A stretch of DNA of 64,000 bases, taken from Bugula neritina (Eukaryota > Animalia > Bryozoa). The position numbers were made by a program, and so were the translations under genes. The notes below the pieces were generated by a model. It saw only the letters and a list, made by a program, of their open reading frames with translations, did no database searches and had not been told where the DNA came from. How positions within the stretch are numbered: the stretch's first letter is position 1; every line of letters begins with the position of its first letter. The stretch covers positions 5,694,722 through 5,758,721 of the forward strand of contig OZ037766.1 in assembly GCA_964035545.1 (NCBI GenBank), written 5' to 3'. This document shows, in pieces, positions 27,061-39,235 of the stretch.

Positions 27061-28118
27061 GTAAAGTATGTGCTTAAAAAAGTTAGAGATATTGCTGTAG
27101 TAAAACAATCTAGAAAGAAAATCTAGCAGCAGCAACCAATGAGATCCTTTACATTGCTGTGTTGAATGCAGTAAAGCATGCGTTCTCACAATTAGATTAG
27201 TGATTAGTCACCAAAATGCTTGCCAAAAGGATGAAACTGTGTTTTGTTTATATCACCAGGGCTTTTGCTTCTCTATCTATGTGTTTCTCTCATCTTCGTT
27301 TTGTCAATGCATTTTTGCATGTGTAACCTACTTCTCCTCATCTATAATCTTTGGTTGTGAAGTCTTGCTTTACATACTCACTATACTCTTTATAGCTAAG
27401 CCATATAACACAATGCATATTCAGCAGATAGGTTGTAAGCCTGCATGAAAAGTAATTATATACTTGACATATAATTTATAGAATAAAAATTTACAAATTA
27501 TACAAACACTTGCTGACTAATGCATTTCTTTTTTCATTCCAATACATTTTTATCAAAACATGGTTTATTTTGTCTAAATAAGGTAGGTTTGCTTGAATGA
27601 TACCAATTTTAGACAATTGTTCTAGTTTTTGTTTATTTTAGAAATTATATGCATGTTCAAGTTTTAGCTTTCAACAAGCTTAGTATTTTCTGCATATAGT
27701 ATAAGATGAGCGAATCTAATAACAGCTGGCAGGTCATTTAATGTAGAAATCGAAAACAAAGACACCCCCCCCCCCCTTCGCATGCTATTTCACAGATGTT
27801 AGATAATGTATTTACTATATTTTCAATAGCAAGTTGATGTTTTGAAAGGTACTTATAAAAATAGATCTAAAACTACAGCCTTTAAAAGAGTTAGATTATT
27901 CGGTTTTTTTAGTACAATTTTTTCAAAAGCTTTTTCTGGGTTGAAAACTATTTTTGAATTTCTAATTTTTAGAATCTAAATTTTGACAGTGAGTTTGTCT
28001 TGACTATTTGTTGGCTAGTCCTTGGCCTATCCTTCTGTAGAACATTCTTCCAAGGTGGCATGGAAAGACTTTCATTAACAATACACGTCATTCTATGTAG
28101 CACCTAATCCCCTTTAGC

Positions 28119-28394
28119 CTAGGGCCACACGGTGCGTATTTTCGCATGCGAAAATTGAAACCACAAGTAGCAAAGGTATCCACTGTAGCGTCAGTGATGC
28201 GTGATAAATAAAGCTTTCAATAAAACGCAATTTACTGGAATGTAGCACTAAAATAAAGAAATTGGGCTCGCTGAATAACTACCAGCCAATTAGGTGACGA
28301 CGACAGAGACGATTCGCACTTGCGTTGAGAATGCTGAGCGACAAGTGCGAATGTTTTCTCAATGCATGCGAAAATACGCACAGTGTGGCCCTAG
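28119..28394. mobile_element. MITE (276 bp) with ~30-bp TIRs
   Basis: CTAGGGCCACAC(G/T)GTGCGTATTTTCGCATGC inverted at both ends (1 mismatch); TSD is TA or CTAG (ambiguous); internal hairpin TTCGCACTTG...CAAGTGCGAA. Confidence 0.88.
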
Positions 28395-29960
28395 TCTTGC
28401 ACACTGAAAATTACCACAACTTCTTATTTCAGTGGTCCAATGCCTAGACTTATTTTACTGATTTGAGCTTTTGTATATTTTTAGAGCCTAAATTCATTGC
28501 GGTAGACCACACAACCACACAGAATAGCTCCCTACCCCCCTCCGCATATATTGCACAATACCACTCTAAACTAAACGGCTATAGTGCAGCTGATCTAGAC
28601 TTTTGTGAATCATTGGATTTACTTAAATGTACTAAATACATGTGGCTGTTGGGTTCGCTTTAAAAGTTGATTAACATAGTATTAGATATAATTTCAAATT
28701 ATTGTTTTCAATACAAACGCACGCTATTATATTTTATTTATATGGATATTTTTTAATACAATACCTAAATTTAGAAACTTGCGTTTAGCCCTTTCGTATT
28801 TACCTGTACTTACAAGCCTAAAACTTACAGACTCTAACCACTGTAATGCCATGTACACAGTAAGCCCATGCTTCACATGACAGGATAAATTGAAATACCT
28901 GGAAAATATATTTTATAATGTATAGTATTATACATAAAGCATTAGCAGCTGCACATGTGTGGTTCATGTATATCGTATACAGACTGTACTTGTGGCAATT
29001 GTCAGACATTTAGGCTACTGCACACATACATATAGTTGAAATGTTGCAAGAATTAACAAACAACACAGATTAATCTAATGTAAATTTACCAAGTTAATTC
29101 GACAATAACTTTTGATAGAAGCAAACTGTTTAACTTTATTTGAACTTGATGAATATGTATTCTCAAAATTTCATCACATATTTGAATTACCTAACTAAAT
29201 TGTGCAATATAATACTTTTTGTGCAGTTCTTTTAAAGAAAAAAAATATGTTCCAAACTACTGGCAAGTTTGAGAATTCCACAAGACTTAATCACAGCCAG
29301 TGTAGGCGATTTTTGTGTGTTGGTGACAACCACAATTCTATTTAAATGTCGCAACTAAATTAACAAATATTTGCAAAGTTGGATCATCGCTATTTTATAA
29401 ATATTATTCCTTTTCATTTTACACTTAACTGTGACCTTAGCATAATGCACTTGCATGGGGTGACGATAATTATTAATGTCAATGTTTTTTTCTATTTAAG
29501 TGAACTGTTTGGCAACAATAATAATATATTCCACGGAATAAAAAATGACAAATTGTGAATAAGGAAACCGCCGACTGCCACGACGCAAAGTGATACCTGT
29601 TTGTGTGAGGGTACGAGCCTACACAACGATGATTCTACTTCGTAACTTCTGTCACTCTTCCTATTTTTAATGATTGATGGTTGACTTCAAAATTCACGAC
29701 AAGAAGTTGAATAAATGAATAAGGGAAATTAAGTTCAGTGGAAAAGTTGCATGCTTCACAAAAATACTTATTAACTTTTAATAAATTAAGGAATTAGTGA
29801 TATAATAGCTCATTGTTATATTATGTCTTTTTCTCAAGTATCTGCGTTGCCTGTAACATAGGTACATGTCTTTAGGTGGTGTTAAAATAGCAACAAAGCT
29901 ATTGCACAACTTGGTCTCAACCGCAGTGGTTTTGGCTCGAGTCCACCACTGCAGTCTATA

Positions 29961-29984
29961 ACAGGAAGTAAAAGTAGTATATAA
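29961..29984 (+). promoter_or_regulatory. Putative core promoter: ETS-like site ACAGGAAGT plus TATA box TATATAA
   Basis: TATATAA at 29978-29984, ~65 nt upstream of ATG 30050; ACAGGAAGT at 29961-29969. Confidence 0.5.
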
Positions 29985-30049
29985 GTCACACACTTCTGAA
30001 CCAACACCACACATTCTTGCAAGCACAAGTAGCAGTAACACACATCAAG

Positions 30050-33000
30050 ATGTTTAAAGTTGCAGTTTTATGTTTTGCTGTCTTCTCTTTTGCAGCAGCT
30101 AGCTTGTACGGTAAGTAAATTTAAAATGTTTGCAATAAAAATTATATAAGTTAAACTTTCACAGATTAATTTTAGAGATTGAAGCATTTTATTTATATAT
30201 TTATAAGTTATATATAAGGTATATTTATCAGTATATAATAAAGTATATTTTATATTTTATCATATATTTTTATTTTGCTATTCACGTTCTGTTATGCAAC
30301 AGGTTAGTTTGTTAAGCAGTAAAAGCTAAAATTCAAAGTTTTCAACAAATTTTATTTGCAAAATTAAAGTTTATATAAAAGCATAGCTTTGATTAAAACT
30401 ATTTTTTGCCAAGATTTTGATTCAATTTATTTGTCACATAGAAACATTTGATACATGCAAGTTGTGAAAGCATCACAAGACAAAGCATTGCATAATTATT
30501 CTGTTATTGGATTATATTATCATATTATATTTGAGTATCATATTTTTGCATCATATTATTACATGATCACATTGCATAATATTATTATTGTATTACATAA
30601 TTTACCATATAATTGCATCATATAATTGTATCATATTATTTTGTTATATTGTTGTATTAATTATTACATTACATTATTGCATTATATGATATTGCAATGT
30701 TCTTACTTTATCTTTCATGCAGGACATCGTCAAGCACCCACAGCTGCACCACCTGCACCCACCTGCGGTATTTGTCCCGTTAATGATTGTGGGCTTGTCC
30801 CATTTGAGTTCAGGTACACTTGCCCTAACGGCAACATTCTAGACAACTGTGGATGTGTAAAGAGCTGCCAGTGTGGTAAGTAGTGTGTGTTGTTTTTAGT
30901 ACACCAGCTGTGAGGAGCTGTACAGAGTTACTCCAATAAACATAGGCTAACGGTTTTCGTGCCTGCATTAATTTCATTTGTACGGATTATATGATTCTTG
31001 AAACAAAACTCAGAAGACTGTATTACATACATGCGTTACATACACTCTGAAAGCAGTAAGCCTCTGTTTTATAAGAATAAGCATTTTTTAAGATTTCCGT
31101 TGGCTTAAATAAAATTTTGGTAATGCCAGGATTTAGAGAAATTCATGTTTCTCTGTTATAAAGTAAATTGATACAAAGTGCAAGTCCACTTATTACTGGT
31201 TTTGATAGCAGCATTTAAGAGCTGATCATGATTTATTGTATACAGTTATTTATATTCATGCAAGTATTATCCATCTACATTCTACATACATCAATTGATT
31301 GATGCGAATTTATCCATATATCTATATCCAAATAATATATATGCAGTATTTGGCATACTATGCAGTATCACTATTTAATATATTATTGATGATGATTAAT
31401 TACATTAACTTATTAATGGGCCGTTCGTGCAGTATAGCTTGAGGTCTCGTAATTTCGACACCTGATATTTTTAGCCGGATGTCCATCATTTGATGCTAAC
31501 CTTCCATGTCCTTTTGGTAAGAAGACTGACTCAAAAGGATGTCCACTTAGCATTTGCAGTGAGTATAAAAGTTCACCTTCTTATAGTTTAAAATGTTTAT
31601 CATAGTTTATATCACTGGCTGACCTACAGTTCAATATTCAATAGTAATCAATATTTCTAACATTCAAAAAAATAATTTTCTAAAAAATGCATATTTTGCT
31701 TTTGTATCAAACAGATTAAATTCAAAATTAGCTTTTCAAGGTTCTTTTTTAATATAGAAAATTAATGATTTCAATTGTATGGATGATAAATTATTCATAT
31801 ATATATATAAGAACCTATAAAATGTCTTCTTTACAGACCCCCCTCCCTGTGAGTTTGCTGGTGATTGCGCCGCTGTATCCTGTTTTGCCGGGTTTGGTAA
31901 CGCTGTCGACAGCAAGCAATGCCCCCTACGTGGTTGCCCATGCCAAGGAGCTGCTAGTAAGTTGGTTTTACATTCATAGACTAGCAAGATGCCAGCTATA
32001 ATGCTGAAAATAGTAATGCATATAAATGAAGTAGAAAATGTAATCGTTTTACAAATATACAGGTCAACAACTTACAACAACTGCTGAATTTGTAAGAATT
32101 ATTGCACTGAAAAGTAATTGAGCAAAACTTTTAGCTTTGCAATATGTATACATGCATTAAGTAACTTTTGCAATTAAATTAAACTCAATTGTTACAACTT
32201 AAAGCTTGTAGCATCATAAGCTGTGTATTGTATAACAGTATTACTTTTCTTTTAGATTGCCCTCCTGTTGATAACTGTAACATTGACTGCTCTGGTAGAG
32301 GAGGCTACAGACTCAACAGACACAACTGTGTAACTTGTCAGTGTGGTGAGTATTTTGGTGGAACACATGCTATGAGATTAGATCGACAGCTTGCTTTGAT
32401 TCAAATCGAAAAATTAAGTCAATTATAACATTACTTCACAGACTAATACAAATTATACATATAATGATTTTTTAAAACCTTGTGGCTAGTTATTCCTAGT
32501 GCTATAAAAACAGTTGTAATATTTTAGTCTAGCTGTTCTTTTAAATAAATGCACGTATTTGAGAATATATTTTATTATCATGAATAAAAAAAATCCTTAA
32601 TTTAGCCCAAAAACCTGGAAGCTGTCCAACTTATGGAGTTTGGGGAAGCCGCACGTGCAGAGATGACTATGACTGTGCAGGAAACCAAAAGTGCTGCCAG
32701 CTTCTCCACTCTGGTGTAAAGAAATGTCACGGTTCATTGGCTCTCACCAAAGGTCACAATGTTCATAGACTAAGGTAAACTATTCTACTTCCATAATAAC
32801 CTTATACAATAGATGGGCTGTGTAGAACATTTTTACCAACAGTTACACAATGAATCCGTAAAGATTTTTAGACGTTGCAATTAACAAAGGTAAATTATCA
32901 CGTGAAAAATGTGTCATATGACATTTAAGATGTTATGCGCAAAATGCGTTTCAACCATCAAAGGATATATAATTCTCTTTACAGATTATATCAACAGAAT

Positions 33001-33089
33001 TTTGCTGTCCTTTAAAGCTGGCCGTTTATATATTATATATTTGTCTAATCAGGCTTTAATTATTTATATGAATTTATTGTAGATACTAA
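30050..33089 (+). CDS. Secreted cysteine-rich protein: signal peptide + 4 antistasin-like repeats + WAP domain (~227 aa)
   Basis: Exons 30050-30110 (MFKVAVLCFAVFSFAAASLY), 30723-30875, 31475-31558 (CPFGKKTDSKGCP), 31837-31956, 32256-32345, 32606-32774 (KPGSCP...CRDDYDCAGNQKCC...C), 33083-33089 (TAA). Repeat exons are phase 1-1. Last exon uncertain (alternative acceptor at ~32985). AATAAA near 33260. Confidence 0.88.
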
Positions 33090-34803
33090 ATTTATACAAG
33101 GCACAAGAATCTCACTGTTTGCACCTCTTCCTAGTATAGATAAACTGTTGACTGTTTGGCGACTATTTACACATTCAAATATTTGTTATTCTTTTTAGTA
33201 ATTTTGTTAGTTTTTATTTGGTTGAATAATAGATTGTAATTGTTTTATGCTTAATAACAATAAAATTTTCTGATAAACCTCATCAATGTTGTATAACAAT
33301 AATATTATATATAAATATTTCAACTATATGACTAAATTAAAGAGATATAGAATCTATGTAGGTTTTGGCTTTCCTCCATTGCAATGCATACTAATATTAT
33401 TTATGTAGGCGCTATTTAAATTCCATTAGTTTTTAATGTAATAATATAAACATGCAACATGCATCAAGAAGAATGTATTTAACAACTCTTTACGTATACT
33501 CTTCTTGTCATAATATATTGAAAGTAACCATATAGTTTTAAAATATAGTAATCTTCAATTAAAATGCTGCAAAAATTATTCAATGTTTGGATTTATAGTT
33601 AACAAAGTTGTAAAACAGTTGCAAAGTTAGTTAATAGGCTAATTATAGCTCTGATGAATGCTCAGAATAATTCTTTATTTTAATTTTTTTAAAATCAAGC
33701 ACTTTACTGCAATTAAAATTTTTAAATAAATAATTTCAGCCTAAATGCACAATCTAATAAGAAAGTAATATAAAATATAAATTTTCTATATTTCACAATA
33801 ACTCACTGCACCATAAAATTTTAAAAATTAATATAATACATTCTTGATTGCATCTTTAATTACATTATATATTTTATTCATGCATGATAAAGTTGCTGCA
33901 GATTAAAATTATTAAAACTAATAGTTTTGACTAATTGGTGACTTGGTATAAGCAATTATTTTTCAAATTCTTGAAAAATGTCAGAAAACATTATTTAATT
34001 CACTAAAAACATATGTTTGTTTATTAATTATTATAATAACTTTATATAACATACAAGTATTATATAGCTTACCATATAGGCATATATAATAATATACTCT
34101 AAGCTTATATTATTAGTGTGTGTGTTCGCTTATCTTATAGCTGGAGATTTTAGGTTAGAGCATGCAACATAAACACATGTAGTATATTTTGCAAAACTCG
34201 AGCTTATGATCAAGCTTTATGTTGACAAATAGTTTTGTTTAAATGTTCATGTTTTCTTGCAATAGAATAATGCCAAACAACTAGAAAGTTAATAAAGTTG
34301 TTTTATGAGCTGAAATCCAATTTATTGTCACCAAGTTGCATTTATGTATAATGTATATGACAGTTATTGCATAGCTTGTGGAGCACAAGCTGCATAATCC
34401 AATTTTATAAAGGGCTTATTGGAGTTTTCTTCGCTACATTTATACTCGCTCGTTATCTCACTTTTAGTAGAAAAAGAAAAACAGGATTAGCTGCCATAGC
34501 TCTAAAACGCAATTCTTACTAGCCTTTTTTCATAGTTCTCACGTTGTTAAAATTCTTTATTCACGTAGTTATTAGAGCCACAGGCTTCACCAATTCTGTT
34601 TTCAGTATGGATCACATGTGTACAAAAGTTCGCAGTGTTCCAAGGTTGACCATTGATTAAATAAGTAAAACTATAAATTATAAATATAACTATAAGGCTG
34701 TGCTGGATGCGTATTAGTTATTGCAGTTACTTTTTAAGCGTACATAGCTACTTTTTACAAATAATTATATTGGAAATAATTTAAAAACACCATCACGGTC
34801 ACC

Positions 34804-37800
34804 ATGAGTATGCTTGCAGAATCACAAAGTCGCCGCAAGCAAAAGCTTTCAACTAATCCAAATGGCCATTTGTTTTCTGATGGTAAGTTAAATTTAATAA
34901 AATACTAAGTCTAATGATAATATTAATATTATTTTTAATAATATTACAATTTTTGTTGCTAATACTTATGTATACAGTTATTAGTTATTACTATCAGTTA
35001 GTATAACTATAAAGTTCTATAAGTACAAGTGTAACCCATGGCTATAAGTATAAGTATAACTATAAGTATAAGAGTGAGGCCAAAGCTCAAAGAGCAAACC
35101 TTGACTTAAAGTTAACAAGTATAACTATAAGTGTAAGTATAATAAGCTTACTGCTAGTACTAGTATTAGTTATTACTTTAAATTGTAATAAATTGAAATT
35201 AATTTGAATGTAATTGTAATTTACTTTAATTGTAATACTAATAATAATACTAATGGTAATAGCAATAATGCTGTAATACCAATTATGAATATGAATAATA
35301 TAAATTATTTTTGCTGCTGTCAATGGTGATTCTTGAATTAGCTATCTTTGTTGGCTTTGTCAAATGTTGTTTTAAATTAATGAACTCTCACGTTATAGCT
35401 ATAGTCATGTGTCATGAGTATAGCTATATAACATTCACAGTTTTCCGGTGGTAGTAGCAGGATTATGAGTATCAAAATTAATATGTCAATGTTAGAATCT
35501 GATCGTTATGATTATTGTTATTACCATTGCGCATGCCATCTTTTCCTCTCAATTAAATTTCTAACATTTAACATGTTCTTTATGATTTTAAGATCCAGGT
35601 AATATTGGGAAAAAGTTATTGACTCAGATGGGATGGGAAAAAGGCAAAGGCTTAGGGTTGAATGAGCAAGGTGAAAAAGATCCAATTAAAGTTCACATGA
35701 ATAGAGAAAGTCGAGGTTGGTGATGTAGAAATATTAAGCATTTCCCCTTTTTAGATATATATCTTATTTTTAAAAAAAGAGCATGTGTAGATGGTATTTC
35801 GTATTTCTCCTCAAATTTATAGGACTGGGATTTAAAAGAGCAGATGGTAACAAATGGATAGAACACCAGGATGACTTCAACAGTCTCCTTGCTGAGTTGA
35901 ACGAGGCTAGTGCGAGTGATCAGGTTTCTGCCGCACCAGTCTCCGATCAGGAAGTGGCAAAATCATCGGTGCAGAGTCTTGAGGCCAAGTCTAAATCTTC
36001 CAGATCGAGAGTTCAGTAAGTGAACCTTGCTAAATACAACTGGTGGTTGCAGATGAGCTCTGCATTTAACTATACTTTCAAACACTCCCATTTTCTTAGT
36101 TAATAAGATTTTAGTTTACTGGAATATGAACATGGGTAATCTCACACTGTGGTTATATTTATCTGGAATGCCATTGAAATATTTTCAATGATTCACAAAA
36201 ACTTAATTGTAATTTTATGTTTCTTTAAACCAACTTATATCTTTATAATAAAATCACATACATGTAAATGAAGCAAAACTGAAAATCTTTTGAGTTATTT
36301 TCTTCATTTTGAAATATATTGTTGCCATACCCTTGTCCATTTACCCATACAGTTTCAAGGATTTTCTTGTAAACCACTGACTCTAGTGATAAGAAAACAT
36401 AACTTCTAAATCAGCATTTTAAAAATCTAGTGAATTAAGACGATGTTGGTTATTCCCATCAATTAGTTATAATTTTATATTAATTCCAGTTGTTTCCCTT
36501 TATTCCAGTTATATGAAGTTCACTAAAGGAAAAGATTTGTCCAGACACAGTGACAAGGATCTAGCCTGCATACTTGGGCCTAACCTGTTGCCGAGCAAGT
36601 CCCCTTCATCAGAGGTCAGTCTATGTCCAACTTGTGTTTACAAACCAGAGTGTTCGGGGAAGCCATGACTACCTATTCTTATGAGGAGCCAATCTTGGAT
36701 TTCTTAATTTCACTTTGTAGAATGTTTCTGCTATGAACTCAGATGACAGTCAAGCGAGCCGTCCTGACCCCTTCCTTTCTGACACCCTGCACGTGACCAG
36801 CACTCTCAGTCTACACGAATACTTTGCTGCTAAAATGGCTTCTAAAAAGTCAAATGGAAGTAGTAGCTCTCTGGGTGGCCTTGTAACAGCGACCCCGTCT
36901 CCGGACAGCACTGCTGGTCAGTTTCTTCATTGTTTTAACACAATTCAAGTGCTAAAGTGAAGTTGATTCTCTTTAGGTTTACAATAGCCATAAATATTTT
37001 TTGTTTATATGAATATATCAACGTTGAAGAATTTTTTCTGTTTCTATTTTAACTTTTAGAAATATGAAATCTTTTAGGTTTTATATTCTGTCTTTATGTG
37101 CAGCTGTTTTACCTGTAAGGCAGCGTTCGGGGTGGAGTTAGTAGAGGCCATTATCTATCTCTAGTCTCTAAGGTTATAAAGGAGTAATTCTGATATCAAT
37201 ACAAAGTTCATACTTCATATTTTCGCTGATTACGTAGATAAATTACCATGCGTCTGTACCTTTATTTGTCTCACAGAAGATGATAATGAGACTGTAACTG
37301 CCGTGCGGCCTTCATTTTTCATTGGCGATACAGAAGAAGAGCCGGAAGCTGTAGATCGAGAAAAATCAACTCATAAATCTAAAAAGAAGAAAAATAAAGA
37401 AAGAGATGTTGAAATTGTGCTGGAAGACGAGACTGCTGAGATCTCAACCAAGAAAAAACATAAGGAAAAGAAAAAAGTATGTTTATTATTTTAATTTATG
37501 TTATTCAACACTTTACAGTCATTGATCAAAACACTTGTGTGTTGATTGTTTTAATTGTATTTCGAATTCAACATTTCAAATTTTTAAAATTTAAAATTTA
37601 TTTGATGACTTTTGTATTTCAAAAGAAGCGTCTTGTGCAAACAGTATTTGTATTTCACTGTCACCGCTCTGTGACGTTTCAAGTGTGAGTTGGATTTCAG
37701 AAGAAAGATAAACAGTACACCGAAGAGGAAGAAGGTCAAAGGAGTGGCGGTAAGACGAAACCCAAACCTGCTGACGATACGATGAAGTTTGTATCTGAGT

Positions 37801-38454
37801 CAAGTGACGAGGGAGAGGTGAGGGCGTGTAGTGTGTGTAGTCAATGCAGTCTGCTATAGCTTCTTGTAGGTTATACCTCGTATAGTGTAGCTTATATGAG
37901 GTGCACTGTAGTTTATATGCTGTCGAGTGTAGTTTTTACGTTATGTGATGTACAAGTTTTATATGCTGTGCAGTGTAGTTTATACGTTATGTAGTGTAGC
38001 TAGTAGCTCATAGATTGTAGCCTATACGCTTGGTAGTGGAGCTTATATGTTGTACAGTGTCTTACACTCTTTGCTGTGTAGCTTATATCTTATATAGTAT
38101 GGCTTATATGCTATGCAGTGTAGCTTATGCCTGATATAGTGTGGCTTATACATAGTATACTCTATCTTCTGTCAATCTATACTTGATTGCTATTTATTGT
38201 GTCAGGTAAACACGGCTACAGAAGAAAGTTGGAAGAAGAAGTCTAAGAAAAGAAAGTACTGTGAAGAGAATCTACTTCCGGCAGATGCCACAGCCGATGG
38301 AGAAGCAAAGGCTAAGAAGAAAATGAGGAAGTCTCGTTCAGACAGCTTCCTGTTAGAGCTGGAACAGTCTAATGAACTGGTAGAGGACTGTGACGATAAC
38401 GAGTATAAGAAGAAAAAGAAGAAGAGTAAAAAGCGAAAGAGTAAAGAGTTATAG
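34804..38454 (+). CDS. PINX1: PIN2/TERF1-interacting telomerase inhibitor 1 (G-patch protein)
   Basis: Exons 34804-34882, 35593-35715, 35823-36015, 36509-36614, 36721-36916, 37277-37476, 37701-37817, 38206-38454. MSMLAE..RRKQK, G-patch GKKLLTQMGWEKGKGLG, WIEHQDDFNSLLAELN, RVHYMKFTKGKDLS, EYFAAKM, Lys-rich tail. Confidence 0.95.
37850..38155. repeat. Degenerate ~23-bp tandem repeat (TGTAGCTTATATGCTGTGCAGTG-like) in the last PINX1 intron
   Basis: Recurrent 'agtgtagcttata' units. Confidence 0.75.
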
Positions 38455-39235
38455 TGAATATCACGCTATTATATGTGTGCTCAGAGTTGGGAGTTGTCGG
38501 TAGGTGCAGTGAAGTGATTAACACTAGACTGACCAATTGTATAACTCTTCTATCCACCTATACTCATGCTCAGCTAATAGGAACTCTTTGTATTTTATAG
38601 CTGCTTGCGAGTTGTGTTTCAGTTATCTACAGCACAGGTTGGCAGATGTGTATATATGCGAAAAATTTGAAATTTATTGTTGCGGTTTTTTTACTAATTT
38701 TAAACGATTTTTATAATGTTTTCAAACTAACATTTGACAGTTTACTATTAAGTTATAATAGGGGTTGTATATATTTTATGTGTTTGAAACATTGTAGAGT
38801 TTTCACTGAATCATAAAGTATATTTATATTTGTACTCTAATCATGTAATGACTTTTGTATACCCTAGCTATCAGTAAATAACAAACCAGTGTAAGCTTTA
38901 AGACTATATCACTTTTATTTTTCAGTTGCTCTTTATGATCCAATAAATTGATGAATTTTGTAATATGTGCTTTTAACATTTACTACTGCACACAAAAACA
39001 CATTTCTGTGTTTTTGCATTTATGTTTTTGTAAATCTGCTTTATACATGTCTGTTTGAAATCTGCAGCGTTTTTTTCTATCCTCAATCATTCAGTTTCTC
39101 TTTTTAGTAGGAGAAGATTTTGATGCTTTACATTAATTTCTCAATCTATCAAAACCTTGCAGTTCCCTTAGTACACATACCACACACTTATTAGCACTGC
39201 AAAAATCGAGCACACATATATAAAAGCTCAAATTC

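Noticed and set aside
32063-32091. Possible micro-exon (cag|GTCAACAA...TTT|gtaag) in the Cys-rich gene
   Set aside because: 29 nt breaks the phase 1-1 frame and leads to a stop in the next exon; not included without transcript data.
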